Source: Schizochytrium sp. TIO01
Taxonomy: Eukaryota; Protista; Bigyra: Labyrinthulomycetes
Reading direction: 5' to 3'
DNA: 64,000 nucleotides
NCBI GenBank assembly: GCA_004764695.1
Contig: SMSO01000031.1
Coordinates: 2,084,436-2,148,435 of the forward strand
Part shown: piece after piece, positions 1-11,154 of the stretch
Position numbering within the stretch: the first letter of the stretch is position 1
Layout: every line of letters starts with the position of its first letter
Program-made: the position numbers and the translations under genes
Notes under the pieces: model-generated
What the model was told of the DNA's origin: nothing
Database searches by the model: none
Seen by the model: the letters and a program-made list of their open reading frames with translations, nothing else

Positions 1-460
1 TAAGGTCTTTCTCTCTTTCTCTCTCTTTCTTTCGATATGATCCATGTTCTTTCTTTATTAGTCACAGTATTGAGTCATTTGCGCTATTTTGTTCATGATG
101 AATTTGATTTGGATTTTAATTTTAATTTTAATTTAATATTTAATATTAAAAACGTTTAAATAAATAAATAAATAAATAAATAAGAATAGATAAATAGATA
201 TTTTCTACTCTCCACGAAACAGTGGAAAGGTATCCTCGCAATTCCTTCTTCTTTTCCCTCTTCTCTTTCCTTCGCTATTGATTGGAAGGAGCAGAGTTTA
301 GATGCGGAAACATGGCGATAAATGCAATGATGGAGTAGTAAATGCAATTCAATGAGATAAAAGGAATGTTGAAAAGGCTTTCGCTAGTTGCTGGGGAATC
401 GTGATAATGGTTTCTTTCGATTTCATTCGTTCATCGTTCATCGTCGATGAAAATGAACGC

Positions 461-548
<88 letters not shown>
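461..548. repeat. (ATTG)22 microsatellite
   Basis: Perfect ATTG tetranucleotide run read directly; explains the spurious SINQ-repeat ORF at 431-616. Confidence 0.97.
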
Positions 549-552
<4 letters not shown>

Positions 553-1331
553 AATGTAATAAATGTAATAAATGTAATGTCTGAATGGCTGAATGACTCA
601 CCGAAATATCATCCAATCAATCGATTGATTGATCGATTTCAGGATATATCGATCGAAGCGCGAGAGTCAGGATGAGGCAATGCTTTGTTTCGAGACGAGA
701 AACGATCAGGATCTCGGGGTCCTCGTTCTTATCTTCGCTCGCGTTCGCCAGCTCATCCACCTCCATGACGCTCTGCACGATAGATAGCGTGATAGACCTT
801 TCGTGATAGTGATAACTTAACTTACTTAACTTCTCTTTATCTTCCTACTATTGCTGGTTAGGCGAGCCTATTGTTTTTCTTGCCTGGATTTATCATTATT
901 CTTATTGATTTGTTTTTGATTAACATCACGAAAAGAAAATTAAATAAGCAAATGAGTGAATGAACTCTTTAAAGTGAATGAACCTGAGTGAATGAACGAA
1001 TTGAAGCATTGGTGTAGAGATTCGTTGATACTGGGATGTTATGAAGAGCAGCGAAGACTCAGAAATATGTAGAAAGCGAGCACAGACAGAGAAAGAGACA
1101 GAGTTTGCTTCACCAAGAAAGAAGAAGAAGAAGATGATGATGATGAATGAAAGCCAAAGTTTAGTCGTTAGGAAGGTTTATTAAATTAGATACCTACTTG
1201 CCTAGTAATTTGTTATAAGTAAAACAATTAGAAGAAGATATATGTTAATTATTTATTTTAAATCAAATCCTAATTTAAAAAATGGAAAGTGAAAAATGGG
1301 AAAAATAATAAATTGAAGAATGTTAATTAGT

Positions 1332-1388
1332 TAGGTAGGTAGGTAGGTAGGTAGGTAGGTACCTACCTAGTGTATGCTTAGGTACCTA
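1332..1388. repeat. (TAGG)7 run inverting into (CCTA)n; perfect 18-bp palindrome at 1352-1369 and 10-bp palindrome at 1379-1388
   Basis: TAGGTAGGTACCTACCTA and TAGGTACCTA read directly, about 165-220 bp upstream of the ATG at 1553. Confidence 0.9.
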
Positions 1389-1552
1389 CTTAATAGTTGG
1401 GTAATAGAAGCAATGAGGGAGACGCAATGAATGAATCAAAATCCAGAGATTGTTATAGAAACAGCGTTAGGAGAAGAAGCAGCAAAAACAAAGCCTTCAA
1501 AGCACTTCCCAGTTGGCCGCTTGCTCGACTCTGGGCAGAGCCGACAGGCAAG

Positions 1553-3064
1553 ATGCTTCTCACGGAGATGGAATGCGAGAACTTTGCCAACTATGAGACA
1601 GTTGTGCATGACAAGTCGCTGACGCGCAAGCTCTTTGAGCCTTTTTGGGATCGTGTGGTTTACCTGCTGCCTGAGGAGGTCGCACCCAACCTCATCTCGC
1701 TGGCAGCTCTTCTCTGCCTCATCCAGGCATGGTACCTTTGCTACACGCAGGGCGAGGAGTACCCTGAGGAGACTACCACCATCGCCATGGTGCTCATTTT
1801 CATCTTCTGGACTCTGGACGCCGTCGATTCCAAGCAAGCCTCGCGGATTGGTAACGACTCGTCTCTCACAGAATTCTTTGACCACATGTGCTCTGCCATC
1901 GGCACCATTTTCCTTGTACTCACGCTCTGTCAGACCTACCACGTGCCTATTGACTGCACCTGGTACTACGTTCAGATTGGGCAGCTCCTCATCCTTAACA
2001 AACACCTCTCAGCTCTCAAGAAGGAGTTCATTTCCTATCGCATTTTCAACGGTCCCGGCGAAGGTATTTCTGCATTTCTTCTACTTCTTGGAGCTCGCGC
2101 TGCTCTTGGACTTTCTTTCATCGATGACGTAGCGAACCAAGTTCTCGACATCATGCAGCGTACTGTGCCCCCTCGTTTGTACGAGCACAAACCCGATCTC
2201 TTTGACAACCCTTCGCTGCAGCTTTCACGGACCCTCTTCTTCTGGGCCTTCGTATGGAGCACCATCATGACCCTTCGTATGAGTTCTGAGCACCGTGTTA
2301 CTCAGGTCAGTTTGCTGCTGTGTCTTTTGTATCTTCTCATGGCCTCTGGCACCATCATTTTTCACTTTGACTTCACGCTGGCTAGCGTCGTGGCCCAGGG
2401 CTTGTGCACCGCCATGACCTCTAGTGATCTCGTCGTGGCTCGCATGGCAAACCGCCCTCTTGCCCCCGTAGTTGTTATCATCAACATGGCTGCTCTCGGT
2501 AGCAATCTTGTCAGTTTCGTCCTCGTGCCGATGTACTATGGAACTATCCTCTTTCAGGTCTGCCGCGCGACCAAGTTGCCGCTGCTCACCCGCGTGACCA
2601 ATGTGTACCTTGACGGCATCTTTGATATGGCCCACCTTGGTCATTTTGTAGCCTTCAAAAACGCTGCCAAGTTTGGCACGCGCCTCTTTGTGGGAGTTGT
2701 TAGTGACGAAGATGCCGCGCCTTATAAACGACTTCCCATCATGAACGAGCGTGAGCGTGCCGATGTTGTGGGGGCTGCAAAATACGTCTACAAGGTCATC
2801 GAGCATGTGCCGTGTGTGAAGGGCGGGCTCGACGAGGAGTTCCTCAGAAAACACCGTATTCACATCGTTGCTCACGGTGAGGAGTACGATAAACCAGACG
2901 ACGAGTGGTACGCTATTCCTCGTCGTCTTGGAATGACCCGCGTTCTTCCCCGCTTCGATGGTATGTCCACCTCGGAGCTTATCCGCCGTATCAATAGCCG
3001 AAACTCTGAGGAGCTCAACCGCAAAAGTCCTGCAGAGACTGTTAAGGGTAAGCAAACAATCTGA
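1553..3064 (+). CDS. Fusion of CEPT/AAPT-type CDP-alcohol phosphotransferase (N-terminal, multi-TM) and HxGH-class choline/ethanolamine-phosphate cytidylyltransferase (C-terminal), about 503 aa
   Basis: N part: FW..VV..LP..VAPNLISL and LDAVDSKQASR...EFFDH, similar to CEPT1/AAPT. C part: VYLDGIFDMAHLGH, VGVVSD, PIMNERER, HIVAHG and RFDGMSTSELIRRI (RTEGIST-like). Likely start is ATG 1553 (GCAAGATG); the ORF track starts at a TTG. Confidence 0.9.
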   Translation: MLLTEMECENFANYETVVHDKSLTRKLFEPFWDRVVYLLPEEVAPNLISLAALLCLIQAWYLCYTQGEEYPEETTTIAMVLIFIFWTLDAVDSKQASRIGNDSSLTEFFDHMCSAIGTIFLVLTLCQTYHVPIDCTWYYVQIGQLLILNKHLSALKKEFISYRIFNGPGEGISAFLLLLGARAALGLSFIDDVANQVLDIMQRTVPPRLYEHKPDLFDNPSLQLSRTLFFWAFVWSTIMTLRMSSEHRVTQVSLLLCLLYLLMASGTIIFHFDFTLASVVAQGLCTAMTSSDLVVARMANRPLAPVVVIINMAALGSNLVSFVLVPMYYGTILFQVCRATKLPLLTRVTNVYLDGIFDMAHLGHFVAFKNAAKFGTRLFVGVVSDEDAAPYKRLPIMNERERADVVGAAKYVYKVIEHVPCVKGGLDEEFLRKHRIHIVAHGEEYDKPDDEWYAIPRRLGMTRVLPRFDGMSTSELIRRINSRNSEELNRKSPAETVKGKQTI

Positions 3065-3565
3065 ACAAATCTTCACTTCGTGCTTGCTTAATTCTGGCCG
3101 TTTTCCTTTTCCGTTTCTTCACAAGCATGATTTATCTAGTGCCCTTTAGCTACTCTACCCTCTTCCATCTTAACTTTTCTCTCGGCTGTTGGCCCAACCC
3201 AACTTTGCTTTTGGCCCAGTTGTCGTAGCTGAAGCTTCTCCTTCTCCAGCACTTCTATTTCTTCGTCTGTAGTCATAGTGTTTCACTTTCATTTCATTCT
3301 CTTACTCATTCCATCTCCAATTCTTTTGTTTTTGTCGATAAATAAAGGGCTATCTAGGTTTTCTCTTCTTTAGTTCTTAAACTCCACCTCCTCAGACCCT
3401 GCTTTATTCATAATCTTTAATTTTCTAGGAGTACCATTGTTTCGGTTCTGCTCGTTCAGTGCCTCACTTAACACCATTGACCTTGAAAACAAACAAACAA
3501 CTTCAATTGACTAGTTTTACAGCTACACAAATCTTTCTACATTAAGCATACAAAATCATCCTCCT

Positions 3566-5170
3566 CTACACGGGTACAGATCCACCTGCCGCAGCGCAAA
3601 TTTGTCGAGTCTCACAAAGAATAGAAATTACATCCATATCCTCCGTTGCAAGGCGCAAGTCAAATATTTGAGCTCGCATACCTGCTCTCATGGTCTTCAT
3701 CAGGTTCGCAGGCGGGTTTACTTCAGCGAGGTGCAGTTGGGCTTCTAGCATGTTAGACGCCTGTACCATACGAAGAAGGTCTTCTGCACGATCCACTCGT
3801 GCTTGCCGAGCGGCATGCAATCGACTCGCCCAGCCGTCTCCCATCATGGTATCTAACTGTTTTCTCGAACTGTTATTTTTTAACCCCATTCCGAAGCCCG
3901 TATGATTGCGATTGCCTTGGCGCCTTTTGCTATTTTCACGCTTATATAAACCCTTGCCTTGTCTCCGGAGCGCTATCAATGAGACTGGTGGCTCACGCTC
4001 ACCCTCCAAGGCACGACCCTGCATTGATGGATAGCAGCTTGGCAGTGGGCGAGGGTCAATAGGCAACGTGTAAGTATCCGTATAGTCGAGGGGTCGATTG
4101 CAGCGGACACACGTCCGGCTTTGTAAATCCCATACGGTGCGACATCCAGGACAGCATAACTCGTTCTCTAAAGCATGTTCTATGAGGGCAGCACGTGCTC
4201 CTAAGTACTGGTTTGAGATACCCACTTTAGATGACGGTTTGATAATACTACCTTGCGTGAGTGCATCAAGCCCTTGGACTCCACCTCTTGCGGCAAGTCT
4301 TGCTGCTTTCTTCGATTCTACTTCACGCTGAAGGCGAGTTTCATACTCATATTGGCGTGCTTCACTCTCTTCTGCAAGGCGTAGGAGATCATGATCCTGG
4401 ATTAGGTCCGTCAAAAGCTTTTCCCGTTGTTTATCGTACTGATCTTTGAGCTCTTGCTGGGCAGCAAACGTGCGACCGCGAGCATAAAAGGAATGTGCGT
4501 CGCGATCTTGTAAAAGGCTAGGTTCAATGTTGGCCTCCACACAAGCTTGGCGACTGCGTGGTGTCAAATGAACCATAGTGAGCTTCAAGGGGGAAGCATC
4601 TGCCCCATGCCGAGCACCTTTGCCAGCGCGAAGATCTTTCAGAGAGTAAGAATGAGGTTCGCTCTTACAGCGATGTAGGTGCTTGTTCTTATCATTTCTA
4701 TGGGTTGAAGAATACGCTCGAGATCTTTGCGGGAAAGCTTGTTGCAGTGGAGGCAATTTACCTGGAAAACAAACTCTGCGTGCCTCATTCCACAAAATGT
4801 CTGGGTCAACAGACTCATCTTTAAGCTGGAATTGTTTGTCGTTCTCAGTTCCCGGATTACTTGTTAGCTCGGCACGTTCTTGTTCTAATGCATAAGCATA
4901 CTTTCCAGCCAAAGTAGCCGTCCATATGTGATCTTTTCCTAGAAGCAACTCGGAAAATAGTCGACCGCACCGGAACGCCTGCGATGCACTTCCCCATTTC
5001 CTATGCCATGCTGCTCGCTCTCCACGTTTGACTAGCTCCCCAAGCCCAAAAATGTCCAAGGCCAGACCAGCTTCAATCTCTGCTGCATGCCGTCGTGCTG
5101 CAGAGCAAGTCAAACGCCTCTTCTTTCTCTTGTTTAGAACCATGTCCTGACTTGTGCTATGATTGGACAT
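3566..5170 (-). CDS. Hypothetical protein, 534 aa, with coiled coil and CxxC..CxxC zinc-ribbon-like motif
   Basis: Long ATG-initiated ORF. CPGCRTVWDLQSRTCVRC; TPRSRQAC..NIEP resembles an SPRSxxAC motif of uncharacterised protist proteins. Confidence 0.75.
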   Translation of the reverse strand: MSNHSTSQDMVLNKRKKRRLTCSAARRHAAEIEAGLALDIFGLGELVKRGERAAWHRKWGSASQAFRCGRLFSELLLGKDHIWTATLAGKYAYALEQERAELTSNPGTENDKQFQLKDESVDPDILWNEARRVCFPGKLPPLQQAFPQRSRAYSSTHRNDKNKHLHRCKSEPHSYSLKDLRAGKGARHGADASPLKLTMVHLTPRSRQACVEANIEPSLLQDRDAHSFYARGRTFAAQQELKDQYDKQREKLLTDLIQDHDLLRLAEESEARQYEYETRLQREVESKKAARLAARGGVQGLDALTQGSIIKPSSKVGISNQYLGARAALIEHALENELCCPGCRTVWDLQSRTCVRCNRPLDYTDTYTLPIDPRPLPSCYPSMQGRALEGEREPPVSLIALRRQGKGLYKRENSKRRQGNRNHTGFGMGLKNNSSRKQLDTMMGDGWASRLHAARQARVDRAEDLLRMVQASNMLEAQLHLAEVNPPANLMKTMRAGMRAQIFDLRLATEDMDVISILCETRQICAAAGGSVPV

Positions 5171-5790
5171 CGTTTAAATGAGATACGTCGCACAAGCTTT
5201 ACGTTCCAAACTTGTTTACTTTTGTTTCTCGTGCATCCTTGCTAAACTCTTGCAGAATGGACTGGATGTCCACAATGAAGGAGCAGGTCAAATATGACCG
5301 AGACATGGTGTGTACTTGGGTTTAATAACAATCTCAGAATGTAAAAGTGCATCAAAGCAAAGGTGCGCCTTTACCCTCGATCTGAAAGATTGAAGTGTTT
5401 GAAATGATTTCATAGCATATTTCAGGCCATAAATCGATTATTTGTCTACACGCAAGCTCGAGCGCGCATATAAATAGCTATAAAAGTGCAAGCTTTGGTG
5501 GAGGCAACGGGGAAGTAGATGCCTCCATTTCAAGGAGGGAAATCATCTACTAAGTTAGAAATCCACAGCTGCCCTAAAAGCCCAAGTCAATAGCCTACTA
5601 GAAAAGTGAAGACCTTCGATAGAGATAAAGATACAGGACATAATGCATCGTTTCTTCGGCTGCAACAAGAAAATTCGCGTCGGTACACCTTATGCACAAA
5701 GGGGGGAACACCAAGCAAAACTTTTGCTGGAGCTATACCCACTGGTGAGTGAGTAAGTCCAAATGCGATTTCTTTGTGGTGAGATCCACG

Positions 5791-6357
5791 TCAATCTTCC
5801 TCGTCAAGTTTAAGGAGATCAGTAATTTCATTGAGCATGTCTTGCAGGTCCCTGAGAGGCACATTCTTAGATGGGAATACTAGTTTGAGCTTTCCTTGTG
5901 AAGGTGGCATGATGAGGGCTAGAAAACATCTCACACGGCACCAGTGAATAGCTTCGTGTATGACGACGCCATTGATCTGACCTAGCGGTACGATTTCTCG
6001 TTGCACAAGTTTTTCTCCCGCCCAGGTTTCCATCTGGACACCAATATTTGGAATGATGATCAATTTTTCAACGTCACTATGCGGCGCACTGATAAATTTT
6101 AAAGCAATAACTACGGCTACTGCAATTGCCACGCATACTGCTCCCGAAAGGCTGTCGCCCCTGCTTCCAAGGATTTCTAAGCTTGCCGAAGGAGTATCTC
6201 CAGCAACGATGGCTAACGCGAGGGCTGCGATGCCAGTTGCCAAGACCCCAGATAATATGCTCAACGTTGGGGATCCTCCAGATAGCACAGACACAGCATA
6301 TCCGCGCGCCCTGGAGTGCGGTACTGGCGTAAAGCACTCAACTTTAGCGCGAGCCAT
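5791..6357 (-). CDS. PIGH: GPI-GlcNAc transferase complex subunit PIG-H/Gpi15, about 188 aa
   Basis: Two TM helices, then EKLIIIPNIGVQMET...EIVPLGQINGVVIHEAIHWCRVRCFLALI...LKLVFP, typical of PIG-H. ATG 6357 chosen over the TTG start of the ORF track. Confidence 0.85.
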   Translation of the reverse strand: MARAKVECFTPVPHSRARGYAVSVLSGGSPTLSILSGVLATGIAALALAIVAGDTPSASLEILGSRGDSLSGAVCVAIAVAVVIALKFISAPHSDVEKLIIIPNIGVQMETWAGEKLVQREIVPLGQINGVVIHEAIHWCRVRCFLALIMPPSQGKLKLVFPSKNVPLRDLQDMLNEITDLLKLDEED

Positions 6358-6960
6358 CTCGATGACGCTTTGTTTGTGACAGTCATCCTTGCCATTGAAC
6401 CGATTTCCTTCATTAATCTTTTTCTTTCCGAAAGAAAAAAAAAAAACGTTTTTACCAAATAGATCATCGATCATCATGTGCTCGGAAGTAATCTGATGGT
6501 TACTCCAATTTAGCAACCTAATTTAGGATATTCTAAAAGATAGTGGCAATCGTGATGCATGCGCACTCATGCGATTCAGGTATTGAGCAACTGAGATTTT
6601 CGAAGGCCTCTTCTATCATGACCGAGTCCATTAAAAGTAATTTAAGTACGTGGGGTAGGTATATTTATTTATTGAAATCGATACAAAACCAAACCTCGTT
6701 GTAATTGATGCCTCGTTTTACAGCCTCATCTTCTCCACATCATTTCTCCAATCAAGCCAACGGCGTTTCCAAAGTTACGGCATTACACCAAGCTTTTAAA
6801 AACGTGTATTAATACACATGCTTCCAAGGATGAAAAATGCGCTTTACTTTGACTGATGAATTAATATGGTGTAGTTATCCAATTTGCTGATCAAAAACAA
6901 ACTACAACGCCGGCAGCGACGACACCGACGACAGCGCGTATATCGCACCACCCCACTACG

Positions 6961-8208
6961 ATGGGATCGGATGACGAGGGAAGTGACACCAAGGCCCTCG
7001 AGCCGAACGCCGCGAGCGATTCCGTGGCAGCTAGCGGAGAGGTCAGCGATGGCGTCACTAAGTCTACAGAGACAAGCACGAAGGGTGGCAAAGGCGATAA
7101 AAAGGACACCAAAAAAGGCACCTCCGGGGATGCTGTAGCGTCTTCAGAGACAAAGACCAAGGTGAAGCCTGATTCCCCAAAGAACGACGATGTCAACAAA
7201 CCCTCTGGAAACAGCAGTGCCAAAAATGGCAAAACTGGCAAAAATGTCAAGAATGGCAAAAATGCTAAAACTTCGCCCAAGGATGCAAATGGTGAGGACT
7301 CACAAAATGTAGAAGAAAGCAAAACCTCTGGAGAAGGCAAATCGAATGCGGAAAATGGTACAAAGAAGAACTCGAGGGCGAATAAGAGAGGTTCAGATTC
7401 GCAGAACCCACCTCGAAAGAGGCCTAAAACAACCGTGGTCAAGAAAAGCGTGCCACCATCAGGAGCATACGCGAAGCTCGAGGGCAAAAATACCAAAACA
7501 AAAGAGGCCATCGTCGAGTTCATTACGCAGCTGCCTGCCACATTGGGTAAAAGTCCTGAATCGAGTGATACATCAAGAGAAGACTTTATTGGTCTGGGAC
7601 AAGGTGCTGGACTTGAGGAGGAACATGCTGTGATTGATTATGACCCCAAGAAAAGGGAATTTACGCTCAAAGTTTGTGGCGAGTCAGGCGTATTGGTAAA
7701 CGGCAATCGCTATGAGGGATCTAAAAAGGAGGTTGTAGTCTTACAGAACAAAGATCCTGTGAGAATTGCTGATGCCTGTTTTTACTTCTTGCTACCCACC
7801 TCTACCAAACCTATCAAACCCACATTAACATATGCCGAGCTCGCTGAAGAGGCATTTCGCCGCGTTGGCCCTGGTGTGCCAATGAGTACACGTGAGATTG
7901 CAGAGGTTCTGCGCACTACCTACGCATATTATCAGGACGCACCCGGTCTTACAGGCAGTTTGCAGCAGGCTGTCCGTCGTTCCAAGGCCTTTGCAAAGGT
8001 AGGCATGATGAAATCAGAGAAAAACAGCAATCAGCGCCAGGCTTTTCTGCTTGCCAGTGACGAATCAGACCTTGCCAAGGAGCTCAAAGAGCCTATGGAG
8101 GATGGTTCTGATAGACCAATAAGCTGTGAGCCGGCCGAAAAACGAATTGCCGAACTGCAGGGAACACCACCTACAAAGTCGGCTACAGCTCAGGCCCCAG
8201 CTTCATAG
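6961..8208 (+). CDS. FHA-domain plus divergent forkhead/winged-helix protein (Fkh1/2-FOXK-like architecture), 415 aa
   Basis: K/N/S-rich disordered N-terminus with NLS-like PPRKRPK. FHA about 7462-7797 (AYAKLEG...HAVIDYD...GVLVNG...FYFLLP). Forkhead-like about 7816-8004 (KPTLTYAEL..EAF...EIAEVLRTTYAYY...KAFAKV). Confidence 0.8.
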   Translation: MGSDDEGSDTKALEPNAASDSVAASGEVSDGVTKSTETSTKGGKGDKKDTKKGTSGDAVASSETKTKVKPDSPKNDDVNKPSGNSSAKNGKTGKNVKNGKNAKTSPKDANGEDSQNVEESKTSGEGKSNAENGTKKNSRANKRGSDSQNPPRKRPKTTVVKKSVPPSGAYAKLEGKNTKTKEAIVEFITQLPATLGKSPESSDTSREDFIGLGQGAGLEEEHAVIDYDPKKREFTLKVCGESGVLVNGNRYEGSKKEVVVLQNKDPVRIADACFYFLLPTSTKPIKPTLTYAELAEEAFRRVGPGVPMSTREIAEVLRTTYAYYQDAPGLTGSLQQAVRRSKAFAKVGMMKSEKNSNQRQAFLLASDESDLAKELKEPMEDGSDRPISCEPAEKRIAELQGTPPTKSATAQAPAS

Positions 8209-9026
8209 ATGCCAGCATAAAGAGGAAAGGGAACACACATATCGTTTGATTCAACCCACCTTGTTGTGTGTATACTGCTTGTAAAGCGAAACAAGTATCA
8301 ATTATATTTCAACTACATGGATGTCTGAAATTATGCAAAGACCAACCAATCAAATACTAAAACGGACGAATTTTAAAACAACGCAGTTGAGGGTCATTTT
8401 CAAAACGATTTTTTTGTCTAGCCTTATTCTACGAGCATATGTGCTCAAATTATTGATGACCCTCGAACCATAGATAGTTAAGTCCAGGTCTTTCCCTCCA
8501 ACCACTTATAAGTTGGCTTTGGGAGTTTGGTGTTTACTGTTTGCACTTAAAGCGCCACTATTTCATAAGTTTCTACTATCTTTCCTTACTTAGATTGGCA
8601 TACATATGCTGTTGCTACGAAGTGCACCGCCATGGGATGCAGGGGGGGAGACTGCTTTCGTTGAACCTTCTAACGATCATATATTTCGTTTTGTATTTGG
8701 ACTTTTGTTTGCTTAACGTAAGACTTGCCTGCGGCACGCAATCAGTGAATGCCATAGCTAGGAAACGCTGTCATAGCTTTCGAAACCAAAATATATACTT
8801 GAAATACGTCAAAAAGGAGATTTCATTCTACAGGAGCAGAATTAAAAAATCAATACAATTCATTTAAATTCATCTGATCAGAACTATTGTACATTTATTT
8901 TCAGAGAGACAAACGTTCAAGTAATGTTCCACTAAAACCTTAGTGATTTAAACGAACTTCGTTTGGGCTGTCCCTTTTAGATGTCTCACACGGAAGATAT
9001 ATTTAACACCCGTCCTTCCACAGCGA

Positions 9027-10205
9027 TCATGCTGGCTCCACACTTCCAATTGGTGACCTTGGGCCATGCCCAGCAAAGCCCAAATGTTCAGGCCAATGAG
9101 ATGTAACCCGTTGCATATCCTTGATTGCAGATCGCTTCTTGGATATTTCTTTCCTACGACGACTCCTTGACAGCTGATCACGACGGATCTGGATGTAGCG
9201 AATGAATTTAATGCTATATCCAAAAGCTTGAGAGGCAATCCAAACAACAACAAACGTCATATTTACACTCAAAGTGTTCGTGAGTAGAACAGAATAGTAT
9301 CTGCTAAAAAGCTGTTGGAATTGATTCGGTGCACCAGTTAAGTATCCAGTCTGAGCCGAGGATCCACAGCCTTGGATACTCTGCTCTGGTGGCCCGAGAA
9401 GCGTAACGGTATACTCTGGTACGTCCTGAGTAAAAGTTATTCCGGTACAGTACGTACTGGTCATACCAATACTGAGCATCTCAAAGTACTCTTCATCAAT
9501 GATGCAAACACAGCTACCCTCAAGGGTGTAATATGGGCAATCTCTAGTTAAGTTAGTGACACTGGAGCATCTCGCGAGACTGCGAAAAGCCCAACCCCTA
9601 TTTACACAGCAGTTCTGAAACATGGCTGCTGTTAGGTCATTGACCTTTTGTGCATCTTCGTCAGTGAGCTGTTTGCTCGCTGAGCGGCCAACTGAACGAA
9701 CTGTGCGACCAGTGTTGAGCAGAACTTGAGTGGATGAAATAAATACTGCGTAGACCATGACTGTAAGAATCAGCAGCACCACGTTGATGAGCTTCCTGAC
9801 AACATCCCTTCTTGGGGATTTGGACAAGCTTAGTGTGAGAACCACAAGGTAGAGACCGAGAGCTACTGTAGGCGCGAAAATTGGCCATGTAACAAGATGC
9901 AAGTACAAGGTACTGAGCACTTCCATTCTAAAGAAAACCACGGCTGTATAAATTTGCAAAACAAAGAGACACACAGCAAATGCAAATGCCTGTATTCTCA
10001 GTGTTGAAAGGTACCTATCAATCCACCTTTGGCAGCATGTTCTCGTGCACCTGCAGCGTTTTCCCTGGTCGCGTGAAGATCGTCGCCGTCCTTGGAGCTC
10101 TTTGCGAGTCCCTCTACTCGGTGACTCGCCTCCGGCAAGTGCCTCAAACTCTTCTTGGCTGAAGCTGCTCGGCTGCGAGAAGAGCCTCGATGGTGCCGAG
10201 GACAT
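9027..10205 (-). CDS. Four-TM membrane protein with Cys-rich loop between TM3 and TM4 (tetraspanin-like topology)
   Basis: Three close hydrophobic helices, a long loop containing FQNCC and several further Cys, a fourth helix and a basic tail. First ATG at 10205. Confidence 0.65.
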   Translation of the reverse strand: MSSAPSRLFSQPSSFSQEEFEALAGGESPSRGTRKELQGRRRSSRDQGKRCRCTRTCCQRWIDRYLSTLRIQAFAFAVCLFVLQIYTAVVFFRMEVLSTLYLHLVTWPIFAPTVALGLYLVVLTLSLSKSPRRDVVRKLINVVLLILTVMVYAVFISSTQVLLNTGRTVRSVGRSASKQLTDEDAQKVNDLTAAMFQNCCVNRGWAFRSLARCSSVTNLTRDCPYYTLEGSCVCIIDEEYFEMLSIGMTSTYCTGITFTQDVPEYTVTLLGPPEQSIQGCGSSAQTGYLTGAPNQFQQLFSRYYSVLLTNTLSVNMTFVVVWIASQAFGYSIKFIRYIQIRRDQLSRSRRRKEISKKRSAIKDMQRVTSHWPEHLGFAGHGPRSPIGSVEPA

Positions 10206-11154
10206 CCTCGCCGCTCGCAATATGAGATCGCGTGAGTGTTAGATGCCGCTCACGACGGTCTCGCGGCACGGCAACATATCAATCTACATTGAACATTGAG
10301 CATTGAACATCAAGTGAGCTCTTTATTTTATAAAAAGTTGTTAGTCTATCCTACTCGTAGGACCTATTAGGCACTATTACTTACAACGAGATAGATAGTA
10401 ATAATGATTCTAGGTAGGTACTAGTACGTACTACTTTCAATTTAATGCATCACATTAATGTCTTACTTGACAAATTCGATACGGTGAACTTGAACGAAGC
10501 CAACTCCAGGATCCTCTTCAAGACTCCTTGCGCCAAGACAACGTTGCCCACAAATTCATCACCATAGCTTTGACTAGTGCAGCAACACGCAGGTCTCGCT
10601 CCCGGCGCTTGACGCTGGTATCAAGACGTCGTTTATGGCAGATAGTTAATTAATTTGTCTGGAGATAGATTTTGTTATTGAAAGAAAAATGATCAGTCGG
10701 GGTTCCTCGGATACGACACCTTTCATTTCGCGATGTGGTTCAACAGTTTGGTGAAGACATGTGTCGACAATCCTTTTATACCGCTATATCTTTGCTATGG
10801 GCTCGTGAAGATCTGCGTCAGTGGCGAGCTACATCGAACTCAGGTACAGGTTTTGGCGAAGCTCTGATGTAATTCATCTATCACAAGAACATCGAAGCAA
10901 AGGAATCAACGAAAGAAGGAGGGCTATGTAGTGCTACTGTTTAAGGTAGTAAAAAGGAAGAAAGAAGTAAGAAGGTAAAATCAAAGAAATCGCTCATTTT
11001 TCACATTACTCCGCCTCCGTTAGAGGCAGCAGAACACAATCAAATCAAACCCGCAGGCCTCAAGTTGGTGCTCCTGCGTCGTTGCGGCTCTAGGGTTCTT
11101 GTATAGCAGGTTTTTGCGTTGGATGCGGCGGCCCTCCGGTCCCTGATTAGGAGC

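Noticed and set aside
156-616. Short ORFs with YLFI and SINQ repeats
   Set aside because: Translations of (TAAA)n and (ATTG)n microsatellites.
2225-3076. Long antisense ORFs (also 6891-7541 and 63265-63963)
   Set aside because: Shadow ORFs opposite well-supported genes.
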